NCBI GenBank assembly: GCA_017559855.1 | Contig: JAFYQP010000016.1 | Location: forward strand, 4,509 to 68,508 | Reading direction: 5' to 3' | Source: Clostridia bacterium | GTDB lineage: Bacteria; Bacillota; Clostridia; Oscillospirales; JAAYXM01 | DNA: 64,000 nucleotides | In this document: one piece after another, positions 38,758 to 48,931 of the stretch | Numbering within the stretch: the first letter of the stretch is position 1 | Layout of the letters: the number at the start of each line of letters is the position of its first letter | Made by a program: the position numbers and the translations under genes | The notes under the pieces: generated by a model | What the model was told of the DNA's origin: nothing | What the model saw: only the letters and a program-made list of their open reading frames with translations | Databases searched by the model: none

Positions 38758-39933
38758 ATGTCAAGTTCTTTTAACGCCGCACCTGAAGATAAAATCCCTT
38801 TTGCCCCGTTGGGTCTTATTTCCCTTACAGGTAGCCGTGAACTCGGTGATTTGGTTGACAAAAACCTTGTGCAACAGCGTCGCAGTTATGTGGAAAACGG
38901 TTACGTTCCCCTTCACTTCCCGGCATATATGCGTGATTCTTACTTAATCGACCATATTACCCCCCGTTTCGCATCAGGTGAAGGTAAAGCAATTATCAAA
39001 GAGACCGTTCGTGCTCACGACTTATTTATTTTAGCCGACATCAGCAATTACAATTGCACCTACAAGATGTACAGCAAAGATTGTCCCATGAGTCCTGATG
39101 ATCATTTCCAGGATATCAAGCGTATTATCGCTGCAGTAAGCGGTAAGTCCCGCAGAATCACGGTTATTATGCCTCTTCTTTATGAGAGCCGTCAGCATAA
39201 GAAATCTGACCGTGAGTCTCTTGACTGTGCACTCGCTCTTCAAGAACTTGAGCATTTAGGCGTAACCAACATCATAACCTTCGATGCTCACGACCCCCGT
39301 GTTCAGAATGCAATTCCTCTTACAGGATTTGAGAATATTCAGCCTACATATCAGGTAATCAAGGCACTCTTAAAAGAAGTTCCCGACCTTGAGATCAATA
39401 AGGACAAGATGATTGTTATCAGCCCTGACGAAGGCGGTATGCATCGCTCCCTTTATTATGCAAGTATGCTTGGTCTTGACGTTGGTATGTTCTACAAACG
39501 CCGTGACTATACCAGAATCGTAAACGGACGCAACCCCATCGTAAGTCACGAGTTCTTAGGCGATTCCGTCGAAGGCAAGGACGTTTTGATTATTGACGAT
39601 ATGATTTCATCCGGCGATTCCGTTATCGATATCGCATACGAACTCAAGAACAGAAAAGCTAACCGCATCTTCATTGCAACTACCTTTGGTCTCTTTACCG
39701 AAGGAACCGCTGCTTTTGACAAGTGCTTCGAGGAAGGCGTTATCTCCCGTGTATTTACCACCAACTTAAATTACCGCACACCTGAGGTTTTAAATGCACC
39801 TTGGTACGTTAACGTTGATATGTCAAAGTTCTTATCTCTTGTCATTGATACATTGAACCACGACTTATCCATCAGTCCTCTCCTAAATCCTGCAGATAAG
39901 ATCAACGCACTTCTTGCAGAATACAGAAAATAA
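38758..39933 (+). CDS. Ribose-phosphate pyrophosphokinase family protein (long, divergent form, 391 aa)
   Basis: PRPP-binding loop VLIIDDMISSGDSV, FDAHD and SPDEGG motifs are present. The start is ATG 38758, 9 nt after GGAGGAG. Confidence 0.8.
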   Translation: MSSSFNAAPEDKIPFAPLGLISLTGSRELGDLVDKNLVQQRRSYVENGYVPLHFPAYMRDSYLIDHITPRFASGEGKAIIKETVRAHDLFILADISNYNCTYKMYSKDCPMSPDDHFQDIKRIIAAVSGKSRRITVIMPLLYESRQHKKSDRESLDCALALQELEHLGVTNIITFDAHDPRVQNAIPLTGFENIQPTYQVIKALLKEVPDLEINKDKMIVISPDEGGMHRSLYYASMLGLDVGMFYKRRDYTRIVNGRNPIVSHEFLGDSVEGKDVLIIDDMISSGDSVIDIAYELKNRKANRIFIATTFGLFTEGTAAFDKCFEEGVISRVFTTNLNYRTPEVLNAPWYVNVDMSKFLSLVIDTLNHDLSISPLLNPADKINALLAEYRK

Positions 39934-39984
39934 AAAGTTACAGCCCGGTCGATTTTCGTCCGGGCTGTTTGTTGAGGTAGAACT

Positions 39985-40803
39985 ATGAATTTTCACGATA
40001 AAATTAAACTCTCCGATGAAAACTTCATCCCCACCTTCGGCTTCGGTTGTTGGAATGCATATGGTGATGAAATTAAAAATGCAGTAGCGTGTGCACTTAA
40101 TGAGCAATATCGTTATATCGACTCTGCGTCCCGATATAATAACGAGGTCGAAGTAGGTCTTGGAATCCGAGATTCCGGTGTTTTGAGAGATGAGATTTTT
40201 ATATTATCAAAACTTTGGCCGCTTGATTTTGACAAACCGCAGGTGGCACTTGAAAAATCTCTTTTTGATTTAAATTGCGATTATCTCGATTGCTATCTGT
40301 TGCATTGGCCGGGTAGCGATGACGACATAAGGTCTCGTGCAATTGACTCTATCCTGCCCTTACAAGGAACTCTTTACAAAACTTTTGGCGTTTCGAATTT
40401 TCAAATTGAGCATCTTAAAAAATTCAAAGATGAATTTGGTTTTTATCCCGCGGTAAATCAAATCGAGTTACATCCTTTTTATCAGGAACGTGAGCTTACC
40501 TCTTTTTGCAAAGACAACAACATCGCACTTATTGCTTGGGGACCTCTTTACCGTGCAAGAGGCATGGAAAGTGATGTGATACAAGAACTTTCTCGCAAGT
40601 ATTCCAAAACACCTGCACAGATCCTTCTCCGTTGGCAATTACAAAAAGGACACATTCCAATACCGAAGTCAAAAGATCCACAAAGAATCAAAGAAAATCG
40701 TTGTGTGTTTGACTTTGATCTTTCAAACGACGATATGCACCGTTTGGATTCCCTGGATTCAAATCTGCACATCGGTGCCGATCCCTACACATTTAACGGA
40801 TAA
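39985..40803 (+). CDS. Aldo/keto reductase
   Basis: GFGCW, YRYIDSASRY, LSKLW, LHWP and NQIELHP motifs. Confidence 0.85.
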   Translation: MNFHDKIKLSDENFIPTFGFGCWNAYGDEIKNAVACALNEQYRYIDSASRYNNEVEVGLGIRDSGVLRDEIFILSKLWPLDFDKPQVALEKSLFDLNCDYLDCYLLHWPGSDDDIRSRAIDSILPLQGTLYKTFGVSNFQIEHLKKFKDEFGFYPAVNQIELHPFYQERELTSFCKDNNIALIAWGPLYRARGMESDVIQELSRKYSKTPAQILLRWQLQKGHIPIPKSKDPQRIKENRCVFDFDLSNDDMHRLDSLDSNLHIGADPYTFNG

Positions 40804-40838
40804 AAAAGAGTTCGAGGTAACTACCTCGAACTCTTTTT
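40802..40838. terminator. Bidirectional terminator between the AKR gene and lysC
   Basis: Stem agagttcgaggta/tacctcgaactct is flanked by an A-run and a T-run. Confidence 0.85.
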
Positions 40839-40840
40839 GA

Positions 40841-42046
40841 TTAGTTAAAGAACTTTTCGTGAATAGCAGAGAGTGCCTTGTCTGCGTCTTCCTCGTCGAT
40901 TAAGACGGAAACCTTAAGTTCACTTGTAGAAATCATCTGAATATTGATGTTTGCATCAGCAAGTGCCTCGAACATTGTTGCTGCAACCCCCGGATTATTT
41001 ACCATACCTGCACCAACAATGGACACCTTGCAAACCTTCTCATTGACAAGAATGTTTTCGAATCCGATTTTGTCCTTGTTGTCATTTAAAATATCAAGTG
41101 TTGCCTGAACATTGTCAGCAGATACGGTGAAGCTGATATCCTTGGTGCCTGCACGGCCGATGGACTGAAGAATAATATCCACGTTAATTTTCTTTGCAGC
41201 AAGGACTGAGAAAATCTTAAATGCAATACCGGGAACATCTGCTAAATTCACAAGTGAAATGCGGGCAATATTTTTATCTTTTGCAACGCCTGAAACATTC
41301 ATTTTTTCCATGTTGGGTGCCTCCTTAATCTTTGTACCGGGTTGTTTTGTGAAACTTGAAATAACCTCTAAATCTACGTTATAACGCTTTGCCATCTCAA
41401 CAGAGCGGTTATGAAGAACATTCGCACCGAGCGATGCAAGTTCAAGCATTTCATCGTAAGTAATTTCTTCTAACTTGCGAGCATCTTTGACAAAACGGGG
41501 ATCTGCGGTGTAAACACCGTCAACGTCAGTATAAATCTGACAAAGGTCAGCCTTAAGTGCAACCGCAAGAGCAACCGCAGTTGTATCAGAGCCGCCACGG
41601 CCAAGAGTTGTTACGTCATCGTATTTGTTGATACCCTGGAAACCTGCGACCAAAACGATCTTCTTACGTGCAAGTTCGGTCTCAACTCTGGTGGGGGTAA
41701 TCTTCTCAATCTTTGCGTTACCATAGTTGGAGTCGGTATGCATACCAACCTGCCAACCGCAGAGAGAAATTACCGGGTAACCTAACTTTTCAATTGCCAT
41801 TGCCATAAGTGCAATTGACATCTGCTCACCGTTTGCGAGCAACATATCCATCTCACGCTTTGAGGGATTGGGGTTGATTTCTGCGGCCTTTTCAATCATT
41901 TCATCGGTTGTATCACCTTGAGCAGAAAGAACAACAACAACATCATTTCCCGCCTTGAACGTATCGGTAATGATTGATGCAACGTTGAAAATTCTCTCAG
42001 TATTGGCAACCGAACTGCCGCCGAATTTCTGTACAATAAGGGACAT
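40841..42046 (-). CDS. lysC: Aspartate kinase
   Basis: VQKFGGSSV, LGRGGSDTTA and two C-terminal ACT domains. Confidence 0.9.
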   Translation of the reverse strand: MSLIVQKFGGSSVANTERIFNVASIITDTFKAGNDVVVVLSAQGDTTDEMIEKAAEINPNPSKREMDMLLANGEQMSIALMAMAIEKLGYPVISLCGWQVGMHTDSNYGNAKIEKITPTRVETELARKKIVLVAGFQGINKYDDVTTLGRGGSDTTAVALAVALKADLCQIYTDVDGVYTADPRFVKDARKLEEITYDEMLELASLGANVLHNRSVEMAKRYNVDLEVISSFTKQPGTKIKEAPNMEKMNVSGVAKDKNIARISLVNLADVPGIAFKIFSVLAAKKINVDIILQSIGRAGTKDISFTVSADNVQATLDILNDNKDKIGFENILVNEKVCKVSIVGAGMVNNPGVAATMFEALADANINIQMISTSELKVSVLIDEEDADKALSAIHEKFFN

Positions 42047-42076
42047 TGTATATACTCCTTCCGAAAAACTTTGCTA

Positions 42077-43306
42077 CTATAATACCATCATATTAGACAG
42101 TAGTGCAACATGGTTTTTAATTTTTTCCAATTTAGCATTAAGTTCGCTAACCGTCATCTCATCGGTGATAAACGCACACTCATTACTATCTGCATCGGCA
42201 CAAGAAAGGAACTTAACTTCGCCGAAGGTATCAATAGCAGCGGAACGGGCATTGTCACCTGAAACTCTTACATAATACTTAGACTTAAATTCGGAAAGGT
42301 CCGCAACGCAAGAAGCGTCTCCGTCATCCCAACTTAAGTATTTTCTTGCATTTAAATGTTTTGCCGCATCAATTACATCGGCAACAACTGCAGATGCGGT
42401 GGGATATTTTCCTGCACCTCTGCCGTAGAACATTACGTCATCTACCTGATTACCGGAAACCATAATGCTGTTGAACACGCCGTTTACACAAGCAAGGGGT
42501 GATTCACGACTTACAAGGTGCGGTGCAACAAACACATACGCACGACCTTTGTCATCCACACGACGTGCACGACCTAAAAGTTTAATAACTTTGTCGTCAG
42601 ACTCAGCATATGCAACGTCTTCGAGAGTGATTTTTGTAATACCCTCGGTTTTTACGTATTCAGGATAAACGTGGCGTCCGAAAGCAAGTGCTGCAAGGAT
42701 ACAAATTTTGCGACAAGCATCATGTCCTTCAACGTCTGCAGCAGGATTACGCTCTGCATATCCTTTTTCCTGTGCCTCTGCAAGTGCCTTTTCAAAGGAA
42801 AGCCCTGCATTTATCATACGATTTAATATATAGTTTGTTGTGCCGTTTAATATTCCGCATACCTCGTCAATTCTGTTTGCGGCAAGACATTGTGCCATCG
42901 GACGAATAATCGGAATACCGCCTCCTACGGCAGCCTCGAAGAGATAATTTACATTGTTCTCTTTCGCAATCTTTATAAGTTCAGCACCATGAGTTGCAAC
43001 AAGTTCTTTATTGGAGGTTACAACACTCTTCCCTGCAAGAAGTGATCTCTTCGTAAACTCATAAGCAGGCTTTGTACCGCCGATAGTCTCTACAACTACA
43101 GAAATGCTATCATCATTTATGATTGTCTCAAAATCGTGAATGACCTTTCCTGCAAAAGGTGAGTCCGGATAATCACGAATGTCAAGGATGTACTCAACCT
43201 CAATTTTATCCGCCGCATTCTTTGCAACGATGTCTGCATTGTCGTAAATTACGTCAACAACGCCGGCACCAACCGTGCCGAAACCGAGAACTGCTATTTT
43301 AACCAT
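42077..43306 (-). CDS. hom: Homoserine dehydrogenase
   Basis: N-terminal GFGTVG, NKELVA, GILNGTTNYIL and a C-terminal ACT-like domain. Confidence 0.9.
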   Translation of the reverse strand: MVKIAVLGFGTVGAGVVDVIYDNADIVAKNAADKIEVEYILDIRDYPDSPFAGKVIHDFETIINDDSISVVVETIGGTKPAYEFTKRSLLAGKSVVTSNKELVATHGAELIKIAKENNVNYLFEAAVGGGIPIIRPMAQCLAANRIDEVCGILNGTTNYILNRMINAGLSFEKALAEAQEKGYAERNPAADVEGHDACRKICILAALAFGRHVYPEYVKTEGITKITLEDVAYAESDDKVIKLLGRARRVDDKGRAYVFVAPHLVSRESPLACVNGVFNSIMVSGNQVDDVMFYGRGAGKYPTASAVVADVIDAAKHLNARKYLSWDDGDASCVADLSEFKSKYYVRVSGDNARSAAIDTFGEVKFLSCADADSNECAFITDEMTVSELNAKLEKIKNHVALLSNMMVL

Positions 43307-43320
43307 TTTATATTTTCCTC

Positions 43321-43764
43321 CTATTCTCGTGCAAGAAGTTCGATACGGACGATGCCGTCAAGCCCCTGTGCAATATCCATAAATTTGTCAAGGCCGGTTT
43401 TCATATTCATAGTCTCAGCCGAAACCGTAAGTGCCGCCTGACCGTTAATCGGGATAGTTTGATTTATCGTCAGAATATTTGCACCGTTTTCCGCAAATAT
43501 TTTAAGCATACCCGAAAGAACACCCGGACGATCCTCCAACATTATATGAAATGTGATGATCTTTCTGACACCCATTTCATAAAACGGTCTGACGGAATCC
43601 TTATACTTATAAAAAGCACTTCTGCTGATACCAACCATACTCACGGCATCTGCAACCGTCTTTGCCTTCCCTTTTTCCATCAGGCTTTTTGCTTCGCAAA
43701 CCTTATGAAAAACCTCAGGCAATGATGACGCTTCTACAATATAATATTTTGTACCGTCATTCAT
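43321..43764 (-). CDS. ACT domain protein (UPF0735/PheB-like)
   Basis: An HTH-like segment (VGISRSAFYKYKD) precedes an ACT domain (ITFHIMLEDRPGVLS). The start is ATG 43764 behind GGGGGA. Confidence 0.7.
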   Translation of the reverse strand: MNDGTKYYIVEASSLPEVFHKVCEAKSLMEKGKAKTVADAVSMVGISRSAFYKYKDSVRPFYEMGVRKIITFHIMLEDRPGVLSGMLKIFAENGANILTINQTIPINGQAALTVSAETMNMKTGLDKFMDIAQGLDGIVRIELLARE

Positions 43765-43910
43765 AGGTTTATCCCCCACAGAAAATCATTTGTCCACGTG
43801 CTATGGATACTATGATACTATATCCCAACGCATTTTGCAAGTAGCAGTTTGCTAAATTTCAAAAATTTTTTCAGCTTCTCTTAGGTAAATATATACATTT
43901 TATCAAATAC

Positions 43911-43940
43911 TTGACTAAACCTTATTACATGAACTAGAAT
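43911..43940 (+). promoter_or_regulatory. Promoter-like TTGACT-18-TAGAAT upstream of ytvI
   Basis: The hexamers were read directly about 20 nt upstream of the ytvI ribosome-binding site. Confidence 0.4.
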
Positions 43941-43957
43941 ATAATATATGAAAGGAG

Positions 43958-45025
43958 TTGAATAAATTGCCGGAAAACAAACATCTGCGTTTCTTCGTAA
44001 TAATTTTATACTGTTTACTCGGTGCACTTGGCATATGGCTTTTCTTCCGCTATGCGTTGGGTTTACTTATGCCTTTTATAATTGCTTTTCTGGTTGCAAA
44101 AGCAATTGATAAGCCGGTTAATTTCTTCACCAAAAGACTCCGGATACCCCGTGCACTTTCAAGCGGAATTTGGACGATTGTTGCGTTCGGCGGTGTGGGT
44201 AGTCTTATTTACCTTTTGATTTCAAAACTCGTTCGAGAAGTTTATGCTTTTTTAACTTCCCTGCCCGATCCCAAGATTATTATCACAAAACTATTTTCAT
44301 CACTTAATAGTCTGCTATCCTTCTTGCCGGACGAGATTAACAATTGGCTGACACAAACCGCAAACAATATATCAGACGGCGGCTTTTCCTTACCGGACGG
44401 ACTTATATCCTCTGTTGGCAGTGTTACCGCATCAGCGGCAGTAAGCGTTCCGTCGGGACTTCTCGCAATAATAATCACACTTGCGGCAACCTATTTCTTT
44501 AGTGCAGATTATTACAATCTTCGTACTGCACTCATCAAAGTAATGCCTACAAAATGGCGTGAGTTATACGGTAAAATGCGTTTGCACAGTGTAAAAACAC
44601 TTGGAAAATATATAAGAGCACTTGGAATCCTGATGTGTATAACCTTCGTTGAACTTTCCATAGGTTTTTCCATATTAGGTTTTGATTACGCCCTTGTTAT
44701 TGCGTTTTTCACCGCATTTATCGACGCGATTCCCGTATTTGGTGTTGGCGGTGTGCTTATCCCATTGGCTCTTTACAATCTTATAACCGGAAACTTTTTC
44801 CTTGCCGCAGGTCTTGCCATTTTATATGCGGTCATCGTGGTTATGCGAAACATTTTAGAGCCGAAAATAGTCGGCGTTCAGATTGGACTTCACCCGATAA
44901 TCACGCTTCTTTCCGTTTATATCGGTCTTAAAGCCTTTGGTCTTTGGGGTATTTTTACTCCTATATTTGTGGTTTTGGGAAAACAACTCTATATATGTTT
45001 CAAACAAGAGGAGCTGCAAGAATAA
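43958..45025 (+). CDS. ytvI: Sporulation integral membrane protein YtvI (AI-2E/PerM family)
   Basis: It has a multi-TM PerM-like topology with conserved FIDAIP and LEPKI motifs. The start is probably TTG 43967 rather than 43958, judging by ribosome-binding-site spacing. Confidence 0.7.
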   Translation: MNKLPENKHLRFFVIILYCLLGALGIWLFFRYALGLLMPFIIAFLVAKAIDKPVNFFTKRLRIPRALSSGIWTIVAFGGVGSLIYLLISKLVREVYAFLTSLPDPKIIITKLFSSLNSLLSFLPDEINNWLTQTANNISDGGFSLPDGLISSVGSVTASAAVSVPSGLLAIIITLAATYFFSADYYNLRTALIKVMPTKWRELYGKMRLHSVKTLGKYIRALGILMCITFVELSIGFSILGFDYALVIAFFTAFIDAIPVFGVGGVLIPLALYNLITGNFFLAAGLAILYAVIVVMRNILEPKIVGVQIGLHPIITLLSVYIGLKAFGLWGIFTPIFVVLGKQLYICFKQEELQE

Positions 45026-45088
45026 CATCTTGCGGCTTTCATTTTTTATTGGTAAAATATAAATACTTCATCAGAAAGGAATATTTTT

Positions 45089-45580
45089 ATGATTTTAGAT
45101 TTTAACGGAGTTTCCCCTATTATTGACGAGGATACCTACATCAGCGAAAATGCGTCTATTATCGGTAGTGTTACACTAAAAAAAGGTGCTAACATCTGGT
45201 TTAGTGCCGTGCTCAGAGGCGACGAGGCAGAAATCGTAATTGGCGAGGACAGCAACGTGCAGGACAACGCAACCGTACATGGTAAAGTGACCGTCGGCAA
45301 AGGCGTGACCGTCGGGCACAACGCAATTCTTCACGGTTGCACTGTTGGCGACAACTCCCTTATCGGTATGGGTGCAACCGTACTTGACGGTGCAGTTATC
45401 GGCAAAAATTGCATTATCGGTGCAGGTGCGCTGGTAACGGGAGGCACTGTAATCCCCGATGGTTCTCTTGCCCTCGGTGCACCGGCAAAAGTCAAACGGG
45501 AATTAAGCGATACCGAAGTCGAAGCAAATTCCAAAAATGCTAGAGAATATTTACACTTATCTGCTCTTTATAAAAAATAA
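45089..45580 (+). CDS. Gamma-carbonic-anhydrase-like left-handed beta-helix protein
   Basis: Hexapeptide repeats plus a VLRGD...I.IG..SNVQDN..VH pattern. Confidence 0.8.
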   Translation: MILDFNGVSPIIDEDTYISENASIIGSVTLKKGANIWFSAVLRGDEAEIVIGEDSNVQDNATVHGKVTVGKGVTVGHNAILHGCTVGDNSLIGMGATVLDGAVIGKNCIIGAGALVTGGTVIPDGSLALGAPAKVKRELSDTEVEANSKNAREYLHLSALYKK

Positions 45581-45622
45581 ATTTGCTCCATCTTGCAAAT
45601 AATAACCACCGAGGTGGTTATT

Positions 45623-46987
45623 GTGAACAAAACACGTGGTCAATGGTCTTCCAACATAGGTTTTATATTTGCGACCGCAGGTAGTGCAATTGGCTTGGGA
45701 AACATATGGAAATTCCCCGGTAAAGTTGGCATGGGTGGCGGCGGTGCATTTATGGTGATATACTTTGCCATTGTTTTTACCGTTGGCATATCAATAATGC
45801 TAACAGAACTTGTTGTAGGCCGCAAAACGCAAAAGAATGCAGTGGAGGCGTTTAATGACCTTAATCCGAAATGGAAATTCACCGGCATTTTGGGTGTACT
45901 TTCCGCTTTTATCGTCCTTTCCTATTACTGTGTCATTGGCGGTTACGTTTTAAAATACGTAGTCACTTATATTGCGGGTGCGAATTTCTCAGGCGGATAT
46001 GAACAGTATTTTAACTCATTTGTCACAAATCCTATTACCCCTATAATTTATTTGATTCTTTTTATGGCACTTACTTCATTCATCGTTACTTGTGGTATTT
46101 CAGGTGGTATTGAAAAGGCAAACAAACTACTTATGCCAACGCTTTTTATTCTGTTGTTCATTCTTTTAATCCGCTCACTTACCATAAAGGGAGCGAGTGA
46201 GGGAATTTCCTTTCTTTTCACATTTGATTTCGGCAAAATAACACCCAATATTCTACTTACTGCATTGGGACAAGCCTTGTTTTCACTTTCAATCGGTTTG
46301 GGAACCGCGTGCACTTATGCTTCATATCTCGGAAAGAAAGAAAATCTTGCTAAAAATGCAGGGGTAATTTGCACACTCGATACTTTCGTTGCTTTCTTAT
46401 CCGCATTTATAATTATTCCTGCAGTTTTTGCGACGGGTACTCCGCTTACAAGCGGAAACAGTTTTGCATTTATTGCTCTACCCGGAATTTTTGACAAAAT
46501 GCCCGCAGGAACTTTCTTCGGAGGACTTTTTTATATACTGCTCACCTTTGCTGCCCTTACAAGTTCAATATCCCTTATGGAAACCATAGTCGCATATGTC
46601 AGCGAAAACATGAAAATGTCACGAAAAAAAGCCGCTGTTATTATTTCTTCATCTATGCTTTTTCTTGGCATTCTGTATTCTTTATCGCAGGGAGCACTTC
46701 CCCTACACGGCATTTGGTACACAGTCCGTGACGGTATAACCTTCCCAACCTTTGGCGTTATGATGGAGCATATAACCGACTACATTATGATACCGCTTGG
46801 CGGTTTGTTTTTCTGTGTTTTTGTAGGTTGGATTTGGGGTTCAAAAAATGCAATTGATGAAATAACACAGAACGGGACAATTAAATTCAGATTACAAAAG
46901 ATTTGGTCTTTCACGATTAAATATATCGCTCCGATTCTAATAGCGATTGTTATGATAATGGAATTTGCAGGTAATATTAAGTTTTAA
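45623..46987 (+). CDS. Sodium-dependent transporter, SNF (neurotransmitter:sodium symporter) family
   Basis: N-terminal WSSNIGFIFATAGSAIGLGNIWKFP motif and about 11-12 TM segments. The start is taken at GTG 45623 after GAGGTGG. Confidence 0.85.
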   Translation: MNKTRGQWSSNIGFIFATAGSAIGLGNIWKFPGKVGMGGGGAFMVIYFAIVFTVGISIMLTELVVGRKTQKNAVEAFNDLNPKWKFTGILGVLSAFIVLSYYCVIGGYVLKYVVTYIAGANFSGGYEQYFNSFVTNPITPIIYLILFMALTSFIVTCGISGGIEKANKLLMPTLFILLFILLIRSLTIKGASEGISFLFTFDFGKITPNILLTALGQALFSLSIGLGTACTYASYLGKKENLAKNAGVICTLDTFVAFLSAFIIIPAVFATGTPLTSGNSFAFIALPGIFDKMPAGTFFGGLFYILLTFAALTSSISLMETIVAYVSENMKMSRKKAAVIISSSMLFLGILYSLSQGALPLHGIWYTVRDGITFPTFGVMMEHITDYIMIPLGGLFFCVFVGWIWGSKNAIDEITQNGTIKFRLQKIWSFTIKYIAPILIAIVMIMEFAGNIKF

Positions 46988-47020
46988 AAAAAGAGTGAGG
47001 TATTTACTACCTCACTCTTT
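46986..47020. terminator. Bidirectional terminator between the SNF transporter and pncB
   Basis: Stem agagtgaggta/tacctcactct is flanked by an A-run and a T-rich run. Confidence 0.85.
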
Positions 47021-47024
47021 AACT

Positions 47025-48473
47025 TTAGCCTTCAAGTAATTTTTCACGTATGGTCCAGAGTTTGCTTGACATATCAACATAATACTTATGCGGATTTTCA
47101 AAGCGGAGAACCTCACTCCAGAGATTCTCAAGACTCTTTGCACAGAATGCTCTTATTTCCTCAATTGAAGGACTTTCGTATACACATTCGCCATTTTTAA
47201 ATATCTGTGTAAGAAGGGGTTTTGCCGTAAAGTTTGTAATCTCCTTCTTTTTCCACGTGTATTCCGGGTCAAAAAGATTATAGGGTTTATCGCTATCAAT
47301 CTCCTCATCGAAGAGCGTCATAACGTCAGCCATTGCCTTACCCGACTCGTTATCAAACAAACGCCACACCTGTTTAAAGCCCGGAGTTGTAATCTTCTCA
47401 ATATTCTCGGAAATTTTAATTTTCGGAATAATTTCACCGTTTTTCTCAACGGCAACGAGTTTGTAAACACCTCCGAAAACAGGCTCGGAACGAGAGGTGA
47501 TAAGTCGCTCACCAACGCCGAACGAATCAACCTGTGCACCTTGCATAATAAGGTCACGAATAATATATTCATCGAGTGCGTTGGATACGATAATCTTACA
47601 ATCCTCAAAACCTGCTTCATCGAGCATTTCACGGGCTTTTCGTGAAAGATATGTAATATCACCGCTATCAATGCGGATACTTGCAGGACGTTTTCCCATA
47701 GGAATAAGAATATCGTTAAATGCACGAATTGCATTGGGCACACCGGACTTTATAACATTGTAGGTATCAACAAGCAGAGAACAACGATCCGGCCATGCGT
47801 TAGCATAAGCACAAAACGCTTCATACTCGCTATCAAACATCTGAACCCACGAATGTGCCATAGTGCCAAGTGCGGGGATGCCGTAATCACGCTCACAAAT
47901 CGTACAGGCGGTACCGACACAACCGCCGATATATGCCGCTCTCGCACCAAAAATAGCACCGTCATAACCTTGTGCACGGCGTGAACCAAACTCCATAACC
48001 GGTCTGCCCTGTGCCGCACGGACAATTCTTGTGGCTTTTGTGGCAATAAGGCTTTGATGATTGATGGTAAGAAGCACCATTGTTTCAACAAGTTGTGCCT
48101 CGATTGCCGTACCTCTTACGGTTACAATCGGCTCACCCGGAAAAATCGGTGTTCCTTCCGGAATTGCCCAGACATCCGCTTTGAATTTAAAGTTCTTAAG
48201 GTAATTTAAGAACGCCTCGTCAAACATCCCTTTTGAGCGAAGAAAATCAATATCTTCCTCTTCAAATGAAAGATTCTTAAGATAACCTATAAGTTGCTCG
48301 ACACCTGCCATAATTGCGTAACCGCCCTTATCAGGAGTCTTGCGGTAAAACATATCAAAATACGCAATCTGATCCTGCATATCGTGATCGAAATAACCTT
48401 TGGACATCGTAAGTTCATAGAAGTCCATAAGCATTGTCAGATTCATTCTTCTTTCCATTTTGTTCATCCCCAA
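47025..48473 (-). CDS. pncB: Nicotinate phosphoribosyltransferase
   Basis: LMDFYELTM, FGSRRAQG, GTMAHSWV and RIDSGD motifs. Confidence 0.85.
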   Translation of the reverse strand: MGMNKMERRMNLTMLMDFYELTMSKGYFDHDMQDQIAYFDMFYRKTPDKGGYAIMAGVEQLIGYLKNLSFEEEDIDFLRSKGMFDEAFLNYLKNFKFKADVWAIPEGTPIFPGEPIVTVRGTAIEAQLVETMVLLTINHQSLIATKATRIVRAAQGRPVMEFGSRRAQGYDGAIFGARAAYIGGCVGTACTICERDYGIPALGTMAHSWVQMFDSEYEAFCAYANAWPDRCSLLVDTYNVIKSGVPNAIRAFNDILIPMGKRPASIRIDSGDITYLSRKAREMLDEAGFEDCKIIVSNALDEYIIRDLIMQGAQVDSFGVGERLITSRSEPVFGGVYKLVAVEKNGEIIPKIKISENIEKITTPGFKQVWRLFDNESGKAMADVMTLFDEEIDSDKPYNLFDPEYTWKKKEITNFTAKPLLTQIFKNGECVYESPSIEEIRAFCAKSLENLWSEVLRFENPHKYYVDMSSKLWTIREKLLEG

Positions 48474-48926
48474 TTATGCTTTAAATGTCTTATTCTCGAT
48501 TTCAGTAATCATATTTACACGTACTGCATGACGTCCACCCTCCGCAGGGGTATCAAGGAAGGTATCTACCAACTCAATCGCCAGACCTTCGCCGATTACA
48601 CGTGCACCTAAGCAAAGCACGTTTGCGTCGTTATGAAGTCTTGTGTAACGAGCAGAAAAATGCTCACTTACAACAGACGCACGAATACCCTCAACCTTAT
48701 TTGCGGCAATGGACATACCAATACCCGTACCGCAGACGAGGATACCGAAATCCACTTCCTTATCCGACACTTTTTTAGCAACAGAATAAGCAAAAACAGG
48801 ATAGTGGCAACTCTCGGTACTGTTCGTGCCGCAATCTACAACCTCGAATCCTCTGTCCTTTAAATGTGCCACAATAGCACCTTTCATTGAAACTCCCGCG
48901 CTGTCTGCACCAATTGCGATTTTCAT
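48474..48926 (-). CDS. rpiB: Ribose-5-phosphate isomerase B
   Basis: KIAIGADSAG, GILVCGTGIGMSIAANK, NVLCLGARV. Confidence 0.9.
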   Translation of the reverse strand: MKIAIGADSAGVSMKGAIVAHLKDRGFEVVDCGTNSTESCHYPVFAYSVAKKVSDKEVDFGILVCGTGIGMSIAANKVEGIRASVVSEHFSARYTRLHNDANVLCLGARVIGEGLAIELVDTFLDTPAEGGRHAVRVNMITEIENKTFKA

Positions 48927-48931
48927 TTAAA

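Noticed and set aside
43765-43957. A possible lysine (L-box) or other riboswitch upstream of the ACT-hom-lysC operon.
   Set aside because: The region is short and AT-rich. It lacks the conserved helices of the L-box as far as I can read, and it also contains the divergent ytvI promoter. An Rfam scan would settle it.
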